Assembly (NCBI GenBank): GCA_951406725.2 | Contig: OX597817.1 | Location: forward strand, 61,504,001 to 61,568,000 | From: Octopus vulgaris | Lineage: Eukaryota | Direction: 5' to 3' | Length of the DNA stretch: 64,000 nucleotides | Shown here: positions 28,653 through 41,261 of the stretch, one piece after another | Position numbering within the stretch: the stretch's first letter is position 1 | How the letters are laid out: each line of letters opens with the position of its first letter | Translations under genes and position numbers: made by a program | Notes under the pieces: generated by a model | Told to the model about the DNA's origin: nothing | What the model saw: only the letters and a program-made list of their open reading frames with translations | Databases searched by the model: none

Positions 28653-28673
28653 CTATCTCTATATATATATATA

Positions 28674-28777
28674 GGCGCAGGAGTGGCTGGGTGGTAAGTA
28701 GCTTGCTAACCAACCACATGGTTCCGGGTTCAGTCTTGTGAGTGGATTTAGTAGACGGAAACTGAAAGAAGCCTGTC

Positions 28778-28829
<52 letters not shown>

Positions 28830-29055
28830 GTGTGTATGTGTTTGTGTGTCTGTGTTTGCCCCTCTAGCATTGCTTGACAACCGGTGCTGGTGTGTTTACG
28901 TCCCCGTCACTTAGCGGTTCGGCAAAAGAGACCGATAGAATAAGTAGTGGGCTTACAAAGAATAAGTCCCGGGGTCGATTTGCTCGACCAAAGGCGGTGC
29001 TCCAGCATGGCCACAGTCAAATGACTGAAAGAAGTAAAAGAGTGAAAAGAGTAAA
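28674..29055 (+). mobile_element. SINE family A
   Basis: Head, internal (TA)n and tail. Further partial copies lie near 3090, 5800(-), 11720, 23255, 26690(-), 29862, 30450, 40921, 43570, 47670, 50790 and 51240. Confidence 0.9.
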
Positions 29056-29187
29056 GAGATATCTGTAATATAACGTGACAATTATTCGGTTGTCATAATA
29101 AAGCTCCGAATAATTGGCACATATGTTAGAGGTAAATTCCTCTATTTACATAATATTGAGGTCTCTTTCATTCTCTTGTTGTCATAC

Positions 29188-29305
<118 letters not shown>

Positions 29306-29826
29306 CCAGCAATCCTAAAATCTCTAAACGGGATATAAGTAGTAACAACATTATACGGCAACGCTTGTTTTTTTTTTGTTTTTGTTTTTTTGCCACTATG
29401 CCATGGTTGTTCTATATAGAACTATGTTACTACATTTTAACCCCAGGATATATATGTTTTTGTTACCATTTTTACCCCTCCGCAAAAAAATCTCAAATTT
29501 CATTTAATTTGATTTTCGCGGGAAGGAAAGTTTTATAGAAGTCATGTATCGCCTTGACCTTCGAAACGTGGAGTAGATGAAACTAAGGCGACTGAAGAAG
29601 AGGAATTTTCCTTGTTTTGTATGTCCTGTACTCTATTTTTTCGTTGTTTAAAAGAAATGTCCATTTCTTTGTTTTTGTGTTTATGTTTTCGTTTCTCATT
29701 GTGTTCGACGTTTTTTTTTTGGTGTCCTGTACCCATATATGCATGTATATATACATCTAGAGGTAGGTACGTACATATATGTATGTATATATGCATATGT
29801 TTTATTTATTAATTTATTATATACTC

Positions 29827-29862
<36 letters not shown>

Positions 29863-30009
29863 GCGCAAGCGTGGCTGTTTGGTAAGAAGCTTGCTTCCCA
29901 GCCACATGCTTCCGGGCAAGTGTCTTCTGCTGTAGCCTTGGGCCGACCAAAGCATTGTGAGTGGATTTGGTAGACGGAAACTGAAAGAATCTCTTCGTAT
30001 GCGCGCGTG

Positions 30010-30044
<35 letters not shown>

Positions 30045-30385
30045 TTTTTGTGTTTGTCCTACGACCACTGTTTGATAACCGGCTGTGGTGTGTTTGTGTC
30101 TCCGTAACTTAGCAGTTAGCAGAGAGACCGATGGAATAAGTACTTCACTTTAAAAAAGAAGTACAGTGGCCGATTGAATCATTCGACTAAAATTTCAAGG
30201 CAGTGCTGCAGCATGGCCACAGTCTAATGACTGAAATATGTAAAAGATAAAATATGTAAATATTTTATCTTTTACTTAATTTCATTTCATTTTACTTTAT
30301 TAACATATATTTCTGCAAATGTTTGAAGAGGGTTGCTCCAGCCTGACCACAGTCCAATAGCTGAAACTAGTAAAACAATGAAAGG

Positions 30386-30451
<66 letters not shown>

Positions 30452-31842
30452 CCCCACCCCCCACATCGCTTGACAATCGTTGCTGGTGTGTTTACGTCCC
30501 CGTAACTTAGCGGTTCGGCAAAAGAGACCGGTAGAATAAGTACTAGGCTTACAAAGAATAAGTCCTGGGGTCGATTTGCTCGACTAAAAGGGGGTGCTCC
30601 AGCATGGCCACGGTCAACTGACTAAAACAAAAGAGAGTATATATATGTATATATATATTATAATAATATAATCTACATTTAAAAGAGATCGTAGTTGTCT
30701 CCCTTGCATCGATTCGTATTTAACATTTGAAGTTTTATCTTGTCTGCCTCCTTCCAGATATTCAGACATCACTATTTCTTAACAATGAAAGAAAAATTGT
30801 TTTAAGGTCGGAGGAAGAAAAATTATTTTTCTTTTCGACATTTAGTTACAAGTTCAACGTCTTCGAAAGTAATTTTTTTCTCTCTTTATCCTTCGAAGTC
30901 GATGAAATAAAGTAACTTCAGGTTTCCTTTTAACAATAACAATTATACATATTTTTTTTTAATCAAATCTTTCGGATTTGTTTTTATTTATTTATTTATT
31001 ACGGCTGCTTTTGTTTTCGATTTAAATATTACTAATGTTAAATTTTTTGCTATATAATTCAATCATTCTATGCACCCAGCACCAAAATATCCGCGACCTT
31101 TTAGCTACATTAGAAACAGTCGTTGCCGTCGCCGGCGGCAGCGAACATCATTATCACCTCCACCATCACCATCATTATCATCATCAACATCATCACAACC
31201 TCCACCACCACCACCATCACCATCATCATTTTTCTCCCCACCCCTCCCTAACTTGACAGAACTCTAACTGAGGAAGGACACCGACAGAGGAGGGGTGCCG
31301 TAGCGAACTCTCTGACCATAACTGCTGGACGTAGTGCTTAAAATTAGGGATCAAAGTGTTACAAAAATGGCTCACACTTGTCGATGGTTTGATTAGGGAA
31401 TCTGAAACTGAGGGATCCCGAACCGGTCCATCCACGACAATTTGCCCTTCTTGCAATATATCACAGAACTTTGAGGAAATAAAGCTGATTTTGGTGGCAC
31501 CCTGATGGAAATGAATCAGTTGGAAGCTTTCGATGGGGTTAATCATTATTACTTGATTAATCATACGTTCAAATTCCGCCGAGGTCAGCTTTTCACTTCA
31601 TCCTTTTGTGGTCGATAAGATAAGTACCAGTCGATCCACCAAAATTTCAACCCTTGTACCTACAACAGAAAGAATTATTGCTAAGTAACCGTCCGAAAAG
31701 CGACCTCATTCGATCCTGTTTTCAGAGACTGGATTGCTGCAATGCACGTTGGCATCCACTCGCTATACAGGGTAAACGGTCACTTTTCTAACCGTTTCGT
31801 CTCATTGTTTCAAATCGCCGATGATATTCCTTCTCGTCTCGC

Positions 31843-32660
31843 ATGTTGACTTTGAAGTCACTGCTGTGGAAGCTGGAACGTTTGAGGAGTATTTTTTTTC
31901 CAAATGGGACGCGATGGGGCCATGTCAGTGTATGCAGACGACGTTACCATAATAGTAACGGATGCTACTATTATGAAGTGGAGGTGGTTGACACGTCTCT
32001 AAAAGAATGCGAGGGGAAGACAGGATCAAAACTCAGCCAGGGCAAGTCAGTGGGCTTATAGCTCGGTACCTGGAGAGCAAGTCCACACCGTCGGAAGACA
32101 CTATGAGGCACTGGACCGATAAACCATTTAAATTGTTCGGGGTTTCGTTCGGTCCAACCCTATGTCAGTAGGAGCTGGAACGTGTTAGCGAACATCGTAG
32201 CTGTATAAACGCATATGGCCTGTGGTCACCCTGGGAGCAGGTTCACCGGTTCAATGAACGCAGGCCTCTAACTTTGGTTGTGAGAGCCATCGGTGAAACC
32301 TGAATTTCCGATACGTGCATATTAGCACCCATTTTTGGCAACTTCAAGATCTTCGCATCTCTTACTCCGACCGAAATATGGGGGATGCGGGGCTATTACA
32401 GAAGATCTGAGCCTCAAGATACGGTCGATCTTCCTGGACCTAGAAGGTAAGTTGGTGGTCATGGACATGAACAGTAGCAAAGGTGATGCCTTTAGACTAG
32501 TCACCGTGTATTCCCCGACTGGGGAGACCAGGTTTGTTCAGGTGTCTGGAGGTTTTCCTAAAGAAGCTCCATTCTTTAGTGCTACTGGGTGACTGAAACG
32601 ACATCTTGGATGCATGTATGGATTTTGTGGGACTAGCTATAAAAGCCTGGCAAAGTTGCT
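31843..32660 (+). mobile_element. Tx1/L1-like ORF2 remnants (RT then APE endonuclease, rearranged)
   Basis: VSVYADDVTI near 31925, then LDLEGKLVVMDMNSSKGDAFRLVTVYSP...LVLLGD*N endonuclease motifs. Confidence 0.7.
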
Positions 32661-33539
32661 CAGGCCCAAATCTTAATTTCCTTTTTGCCTCAATTTTCTT
32701 TCTTTCTTTTTTCTTGGAGCGGGGAGTTCAAGGAGCTCGGTAAAATAGTCTTTCACTTACGACCATCTTAATTAGATTTTTTCTCTCTATTACTAGATAA
32801 AAATCTGGACTTGTCTTCTCTAATTCTTTTACTATTTCGATGCAAAATTACCCTCTTCGTCATTTTTGTTCTTCTGTATAATTAATTCTGTATTAGATTG
32901 GGGAAGTATCCCACTTGCTTTTCTCTTTACACTATTTACATGTTTTCCCATCGTTTTCAATCTCCATAGTCGAAGCTCTCACACGAATAACTACAAGTAT
33001 TAAAACTAAAATGATGTAAATATACGTTTGATAGGCTTGTTGTCTGTGAATCTTTTATATTTTGTGGATTCGTTATTCTAAGTTGTCCTTCATTCTCGTA
33101 GTGTCGAACTTGTTAAGAGGCTTCCAATTTCTTGGTTTATATAATACCATAGATTGATATTATGTAATTCTCCTTCATTGGGAGAAGGCAATACTTATTT
33201 CACAGTTTCGCAATTTGAGGAAGATTTTTGCATAAATTTATCTGCGGTAAAATTGTTTCCCTTCTTCGAATTTGCGCAACTGTCTAAAAATACTTATTTT
33301 AAAGTTTAAAATTTATAAAGAAAAAAACACAGAAAATAATTACCTACTTTTCGGTATTAATCAGAACATAATAAAATCTTGAATAACAAAAAGCCGCATA
33401 AGAATGGCCACTGCAAAGGTGACGACACTGTTGGTGCTCCAGTATGACTACAGCCTTTGATCTGAAACATATTAAAGAAATAAAAACACATTTTTATGTC
33501 GTTCAAGAGTTAATCTGCATCTTTCAAAAAACTCTGATG

Positions 33540-33619
<80 letters not shown>

Positions 33620-34270
33620 TGTGTGTGCTTGCCTGCACACAATTTAACATTAAACTGAAAAATTATTCAATAGTTTTTTTTTTTTTATTATTAATCTCTT
33701 ACAAGACGAGGGATGACAGTAAATCCGAAGTTTCGGCCTGCTGGCTTTCATCGGACTGTTGGCAGCGAAGCGAACGCCATCAGGCCACCTAGACTTCGAA
33801 GTCACTGCCATCCATCTTTTAAAACTGCAACATACACGCATACAAACACATACAAGCAAAGAAACTAGTACACATACATACATACACACATACATACACA
33901 CATACATTCACACATATATACATACATACATACATACATACATACACACATACATACATACATACATACATACATACATACATACATACATACATACATA
34001 CATACATACATACATACATACATACATACATACATGCATGCATACGTACATACACACATACATACACACACATACATTCATGCATACATACATGTACACA
34101 TACATTCATGCATATATACATACATACATACATACATTCATACATACATATATACACACACACATACATACATACATACATGCACACATACATACATTCA
34201 GACATACATATATACACACACACACACACATACATACATACATACATACATACATACATACATACATACA

Positions 34271-34301
<31 letters not shown>

Positions 34302-34440
34302 TGGGTCATCCCATAAATAATGCGGTTTTTTCAATCGCTTCGGAGGGGAACGGGACAAACTACTTGCATCAACTTGCTATGAAAGCAGGTAGTCATTTTA
34401 CTATGTACTTATTCTTAGCGCAAGTTTATTTTGCGAGGAT

Positions 34441-35812
34441 TGTTTTGTGCTGAGGAGTGTGTTGTGCTGAGGAGTGTGTTGTACTGAGGAGTGTGTTGTG
34501 CTGAGGAGTATGTTGTGATGAAGAGTGTGTTGTGCTGAGGAGTGTGTTGTGTTGAGGAGTGTGTTGTGCTGAGGAGTGTGTTGTGTTGAGGAGTGTGTTG
34601 TGTTGAGGAGTGTGTTGTGCTGAGGAGTGTGTTGTGTTGAGGAGTGTGTTGTGCTGAGGAGTGTGTTGTGCTGAGGAGTGTGTTGTGTTGAGGAGTGTGT
34701 TGTGCTGAGGAGTGTGTTGTGCTGAGGAGTGTGTTGTGCTGAGGAGTGTGTTGTGCTGAGGAGTGTGTTGTGCTGAGGAGTGTGTTGTGTTGAGGAGTGT
34801 GTTGTGCTGAGGAGTGTGTTGTGTTGAGGAATGTGTTGTATTGAGGAGTGTGTTGTGCTGAGGAGTGTGTTGTGCTGAGGAGTGTGTTGTGCTGAGGAGT
34901 GTGTTGTGTTGAGGAGTGTGTTGTGCTGAGGAGTGTGTTGTGCTGAGGAGTGTGTTGTGTTGAGGAGTGTGTTGTGCTGAGGAGTGTGTTGTGTTGAGGA
35001 GTGTGTTGTGCTGAGGAGTGTGTTGTGTTGAGGAGTGTGTTGTGCTGAGGAGTGTGTTGTGCTGAGGAGTGTGTTGTGCTGAGGAGTGTGTTGTGCTGAG
35101 GAGTGTGTTGTGTTGAGGAGTGTGTTGTGTTGAGGAGTGTGTTGTGTTGAGGAGTGTGTTGTGCTGAGGAGTGTGTTGTGCTGAGGAGTGTGTTGTGCTG
35201 AGGAGTGCGTTGTGCTGAGGAGTGTGTTGTGCTGAGGAGTGTGTTGTGTTGAGGAATGTGTTGTGTTGAGGAGTGTGTTGTGTTGAGGAGTGTGTTGTGC
35301 TGAGGAGTGTGTTGTGTTGAGGAGTGTGTTGTGCTGAGGAGTGTGTTGTGTTGAGGAGTGTGTTGTGTTGAGGAGTGTGTTGTGTTGAGGAGTGTGTTGT
35401 GCTGAGGAGTGTGTTGTGCTGAGGAGTGTGTTGTGTTGAGGAGTGTGTTGTGCTGAGGAGTGTGTTTTGCTGAGGAGTGTGTTGTGTTGAGGAGTGTGTT
35501 GTGCTGAGGAGTGTGTTGTGCTGAGCAGTGTGTTGTGTTGAGGAGTGTGTTGTGTTGAGGAGTGTGTTGTGCTGAAGAGTGTGTTGTGTTGAGGAGTGTG
35601 TTGTGTTGAGGACTGTGTTGTGCTGAAGAGTGTGTTGTGTTGAGGAGTGTGTTGTGCTGAGGAGTGTGTTGTGTTGAGGAGTGTGTTGTGTTGAGGAGTG
35701 TGTTGTGCTGAGGAGTGTATTGTGTTGAGGAGTGTGTTGTGTTGAGGAGTGTGTTGTGCTGAGGAGTGTGTTGTGTTGAGGAGTGTGTTGTGTTGAGGAG
35801 TGTGTTGTGTTG
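34441..35812 (+). repeat. 17-bp minisatellite (GAGGAGTGTGTTGTGYT) x ~80
   Basis: Homogeneous tandem array varying mainly at one C/T position. The minus-strand ORFs repeat every 17 aa (3 units). Confidence 0.97.
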
Positions 35813-35880
35813 TGTTGCTTTGCAGCAGTTTTTTGTGTGTAGCGCCATCTTTCTTCGTTGGCCTGTGACGGAGGAGCGAA

Positions 35881-37298
35881 ATGAATAGTTATGCGGCAGC
35901 AACGGGAAGTCGGGGTTCTGTCGTCCCGGATACGCTGAAACAGAATGAACAGCATTGTAATTTGGACCTGCTCCAGAAATATCAATATATGGTAAAGAGG
36001 GAGGGGCCGAACACAAAGTTGACCCCACCAGAGGATGACAAGGTGAAGAGGGAAAGCAGAGTGATAATTTATAGAACTTTTTCAAAATAAAGTAAGAGGC
36101 TGGAGAATGCAATGCAGGAGGAGGTGAACGAATGTCTGGAAAAATTGAAGGAAAGTTTTATACCAGAGGGAAAAAATACGTTTCAGCGGCAGTTACATTT
36201 GTCTCAGAAGAGGAGACAAAAAGACATTCCACTAAGGTGTTACATGGAGAAAAATGGACACTCCTGCCCACTTACCTGGGTAAACGAGTTACCAGGATTA
36301 GGGTAGGGAGGATCCCACCTAGAATCGATCCAGATAGGATAATAGCGGCAATTTTCACCGCAAGAGAGAAAGGAGACAACGAGGAAGTGAAAGTAATAAT
36401 GATAAACCGGACCCAACAATCAAATTAGTGGAGGTACGGGGTAGAGATGATTTTTATGGTGAACCAAAAAGAGTACGAAGGTATACCAGAAACATTGGAG
36501 CTGCCCAATGAGGACAAACTAGATGTAATGTTAGAGGGGAGGCTTCTGAAGTATCACGAGTGTGGAGAGAAGGGACATATTAGAAGGTGTCCACAAAAAA
36601 ACGATGGAAACCTCAGAAATAGAAACACAAGAAGGCGTAATGGAAGTGGAGAGGAGGACCCAGGAAGTGGAACGGAACAGAGAGGTCATGGAGACCGAAA
36701 CAAGGAAGAGAGAGAGAGGAGGAGGAGTTCACCCCCTAAAACGGAGCAACAACAGAAGAAACATAAAGCACAAGAGGAAGTGGACCAACCAACAACGACT
36801 AGTAGAAGCAGTACGCCATTGGGATCACCGAAGAAAAATGCCACAAGCAGAACAGCAACATCAAGCAAACATACGAACTTAGAATCACACAAACATACAG
36901 ACTCACAGACACATAAGCACACAGACATACTGACTCACGGAAATAGAGACAGACACATGATAATACAGAGTTACAGAAACGTAAAAGCGCAGACACACAG
37001 GCACAACACGCAGACACACAAGACGTACACAGAAACGAAATTTGTTTTATTGACACACCAGACGACCCAAAAGCTGGAGATGAAAATAACGAAAATGAAA
37101 GGGATTGTGAGGGTGAATCTTTCTGAGGCATATGATAAGGATATGAGATGTATTCTAATGGAGAAAGGAAAATATAGAACTCTGAAAGAAGCTTTTCCTT
37201 CAGATGTAAATCCACTGGGGCCCGAGGTGAGTATTGAATCCAGTGATCCAGTTGTGAATTATGAAGACATTAAAAGTGACATAAAATGGTTAAGTTGA
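35881..37298 (+). pseudogene. Tx1/L1-like ORF1 (Gag-like, zinc knuckle), disrupted
   Basis: Starts MNSYAAAT. Contains LPTYLGKRVTRIRVGRIPP and IPETLEL...LEGRLLKYHECGEKGHIRRCP (decayed CCHC). Stops at 36088 and 36426 and at least one frameshift near 36165. Confidence 0.8.
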
Positions 37299-38619
37299 GA
37301 TTATTTTTAAAGAACTGTTAAAGACTCTTTGTTTGAAATAATTGAAATCATGTAATCATCCCGGAGTGGAGCCGGGGTAACCGTTTTACCTTCATTGTAA
37401 AATTTCATTTTATTCATTTTTCATGTGCTAATTGTCCCCGCATGTATATTTGTCCCCTCTATGTTGGCCCCTTGTGGGCAATAAAAAAAAATCAACTATT
37501 CTTAGTGCAAGTTTTGAAGAGTACAGTTCGATTTTAACGGTTATTTTCTTCAAAGCTATAATGGAAGTGACAAAGGAGCATATTAGGCATATTTTGCTTT
37601 ATGAGTTCAATAAGGGCAACGATGCAAATGAAAGTGCGAGGAATATTAATGCAGTATATGGGGATCGGACAATAAGCATAAGCCAGTGTCAACGGTGGTT
37701 CTAGAAATTCCGAGCCGGAAACTACAGCCTAGAAGACAAGCTTCGTCCTGGAAGATCTGTAGAGCAGGATGAGGACGTCCTGTGAACCCTGATAGCACAA
37801 AATCTCATTGTAACTGTTGGGAAACTAGCAGAGAAGCTTGATCAGTCAATCATTCATCGACACCTGCGGGGCATCAGAAGAAAAGCCAGCAAATTGGGTC
37901 AATGGGTTCCTCACAAACTTTCTTTGTCTAATCGTGTGCAGAGTGTGAATGTGTGCTCTTCTTTGTCTCATGAATGAACCTTTTTTGGACCGAATAGTGA
38001 CTGGTGATGAGAAATAGAATGTCAAGCGCCGAAGACAGTAGATAGAGAAAGGAGAAACACCGGCACCACAGGCTAAAGAAGGCCTTCACCAATGCAAGGT
38101 GTTGTTATCTGTTTGGTGAGATATGAAAGGTTTTGTCCACTTTGAATTTTGAAACCCAAACCAAACGGTAACAAAGGAGATATAATCTTTTCTACTCTAG
38201 GCACAAGCCCCGAAATTTTGGGGGAGGGGCCAGTCGATTAGAATGACCCCAGTACGCGACTGGTACTTAATTTATCGACCCCGAAAGGATGAAAGGCAAA
38301 GTCGACCTCGGTCACATACAGCGAGGATGACATTCCAAAGGCTGGAGCAGTTTGAAAGGGAAACGATGCCACCCACCATATTCGCCAGACATTTCCCCAT
38401 CTGATTATCATTTATTCCGCAGTCTTCAAAACCATTTAGACGGATTAAAAAATATGAATTCTGTAGACGAGGTCAGAACAGTACTAGAGGAGTATATTTC
38501 GTCGTGAATTTTGGAAGAGGAGCCTTGCAAGTCTACCAGATAGATGGAAATAAAAGAAGTATTTTTAAAAAAAACCGTATTACATATATGTATATATATA
38601 TATAAGAGTACATACGCCG

Positions 38620-38682
<63 letters not shown>

Positions 38683-38689
<7 letters not shown>

Positions 38690-38986
38690 ATACACAATGG
38701 GAAGAACGCAAAACATCCAAGTAGACGATACAAAAAATACGGACGGGTCATTCAAAGCCGCTAATCTTCAGTCAAGAACCGGATCATCCTCGCAATTTCG
38801 GCTGATTAATCTTGAGATTGCTCCAATCTGGCCCAGCCCCTGGAGCAATCTCAAGATTAATCAGCCGAAATTGCGAGGATGATACGGTTCTTGACTGAAG
38901 ATTAAAGGCTTCGAATGACCCGTCCGTATTTTTTGTATCGTCTACTTGGATGTTTTGTGTTCTTGTCCCATTTTGTATTTTATATA
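38683..38986. repeat. Near-perfect palindrome, ~143-bp arms, 15-bp spacer
   Basis: 38683-38825 is the reverse complement of 38841-38986. Both outer ends run into TA repeats. Confidence 0.95.
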
Positions 38987-39642
38987 TGCACTAAGGGTTA
39001 TAGCATGACAGTTATTTAAAAGCAAAACACAAATAATTTATTCTGTAAAACTAACAAAATTCTTAGTTTTTTTTTCATCCATTTTTTTCTGGGGTTTTTG
39101 CTTGGGCGGGGGTGGGGAGAGGATTTCTCTTTTTCCTTTTCTTCTCTGTTTTATATTTTATCCTTTTCTATTTTCCTTTCTCTCTCTCATTGTTTACTTT
39201 GTTACTTGAATCTATGTTATCTTCATATAAATATATTATGGTTTAAAAGTTCTTTTTTGTTTTTACTCTTCTATTATTTTTTCTAAAAACACCTGATTGT
39301 AAAAATACAACTTAATTTTAACAAGATGTTTCTTTGGTATTCTTGTCTGATTACCAAGTTCAAGTAGGGTTAGGCTTTCATAATGATGATGATGATGATG
39401 ATAACGACAAATAATAATAACAATGATTAAAATGTAAACCCGTTAATGCTTATGGAGAAGCTTTTCTTTTTTTTTTTTCTTTTCAAATTTTCAAGTTGAA
39501 TAAATAGCGATCCTATAAAAAAAATAACAAATATACGAATGGGAATTACATCAAAAACAAAGGTATAAAGTAAAAACAAACAAAAAATAACCAAAATGTT
39601 CTTATATTAAGACACACACACACACATGCACATATGCACATG

Positions 39643-39678
<36 letters not shown>

Positions 39679-39956
39679 AATCTATGGGTTTGTATGTATG
39701 CTTGCGTCGCGTGGAACCGGATGGCTTGGTGGTTAAGGGTCTGAACTCATGACCATAAGATTGTAATTTCGGTTGCTGAATCGGGCGATGTGTTGTGCTC
39801 TTGAGCGAGACACTTCATTTCATGTCCCTTCAGTCTATTCAGATGATTAATCCTACGACGGACCGGCGTCCCGTTCAGTGTGGACGGGCATATACGCCAC
39901 AGGATCCGGAGAAACCGGTCTTATAAGCCTAGGGCTCGGCAAGAACCTTTGATTTT

Positions 39957-40020
<64 letters not shown>

Positions 40021-40145
40021 GTATATATAAGTATGCAGATATGTATGTCTGCATGCACATATACATATATAGACGCGCGTGCGACATATATATATATATG
40101 TATGCATGTATGTATATATATGATGCTAGAGTGCTACAATGTGTT

Positions 40146-40208
<63 letters not shown>

Positions 40209-41089
40209 CTATCTGCATCGTTACTACTACCCCCTGCAACTACCCCTAACATCCACTTCGACAACAAACAAACACTAAATATCAAATCCTGCTGATAAAA
40301 TAAACAAAGATTGGGGGAGATATGTTTAAATTAAAAACTCTTACAACAGAACAACAACAACAACAACAACAACAACCACAACAGCGCCATGACAGAAAGG
40401 CACCCATTTTTTTTTTAATCACTCCTCCCGCGCGCATGCTCAGACGTTTCTCTTCTCCCACATTTTTTAAACACCTGATTACTGCGATAAAAATTTTAAT
40501 TTTAGCAAGATGTTATGTTATGTTTGCTTGTTTTTTTCTGACGGAATGGCTTCTAATGAGGGAATCTTGTAAAGTTTAAGAAAACATTAAAGTAAGCAGA
40601 CACAAAAGATATTGGGTAGGCGGCGTAAAGATGAAAAAAAAGGAGGCAAGATGAGGTGTTATCAGAAGGTGGTGTGTATGTGTGTGTGTGCACGGTTGGA
40701 TGTATGTGGATACGCGTATTTGTGTGTGTGTGTGTGTGTGGATGGATGGCTGCATGGATGGAGAGGAAGAAATGGATGAATAATGAGATACATTAAATAA
40801 GTAAATAAATAGATTTTTAAAAGCATAAGATTGATATTTTTTAATCTGTTCCGGTTGTCATATTTATAGCCGTGTGTACATCCACTGACACGCATACACA
40901 CACGACGCCATAGGTATATAGGCGCAGGCGTGGCCATGTGGAAAGAAACTTGCTTCCCAACTACATGGTTTCAGCTTCAGTCCCATTGTGTGGCACCTCG
41001 GGCAAGGGTCTTCTCCTATACCCTCGGGCCAACCAATGCCTTGTGAGTGGATTTGGTAGACGGAAACTGAAAGATGCCCGTCGTGTATG

Positions 41090-41135
<46 letters not shown>

Positions 41136-41226
41136 TAATCCAAACGGGAAAACAGAAAAAACAACAACACGTGGAACAATTACAGTATTATTATTATTAG
41201 GCGCTCAGGAAAATGGAAGAAGGAGG

Positions 41227-41261
41227 GTATGACGTTTCGAGCGGAGCTCTTCGTCGGAAAC
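41227..41261 (-). ncRNA. Minimal hammerhead ribozyme motif in a PLE-type tail (about 41131-41660)
   Basis: gttt-CCGACGA-A-GAGC-tcc-GCTC-GAAA-CG-TC-atac. Flanks are homologous to 62562-62715 and the tail ends at (TA)n. Confidence 0.75.

Larger units (their letters stand above)
34428..37496 (+). mobile_element. Complete ORF1-only non-LTR retroelement with 18-bp TSD
   Basis: TSD tattcttagcgcaagttt (34410-34427) / tattcttagtgcaagttt (37497-37514). 5' 17-bp array, single Tx1-like ORF1, about 190-bp 3' UTR, A-rich end, no ORF2. Confidence 0.85.
34302..38400 (+). mobile_element. Mariner transposon split by a 3-kb retroelement and a SINE
   Basis: Left TIR-like 'ttgggtcatcccataaataatgcgg' after TA. 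Resumes at 37497 with MEVTKEHIRHILLYEFNKG, WVPHKL and RIVTGDEK. SINE B (-) lies at 38185-38310. Confidence 0.85.

Noticed and set aside
32870-33340. Possible additional PLE coding remnant on the minus strand
   Set aside because: Too degenerate, with no convincing motif.
34441-35812. Possible CRISPR array or telomeric repeat
   Set aside because: There are no spacers, no cas genes, the context is eukaryotic, and the unit is not TTAGGG-like.
34415-36112. 565-aa and 519-aa minus-strand ORFs with HNTLLSTTHSSAQHTPQ repeats
   Set aside because: They are translations of the 17-bp minisatellite, which has no stops on that strand. The same peptide appears in several frames.
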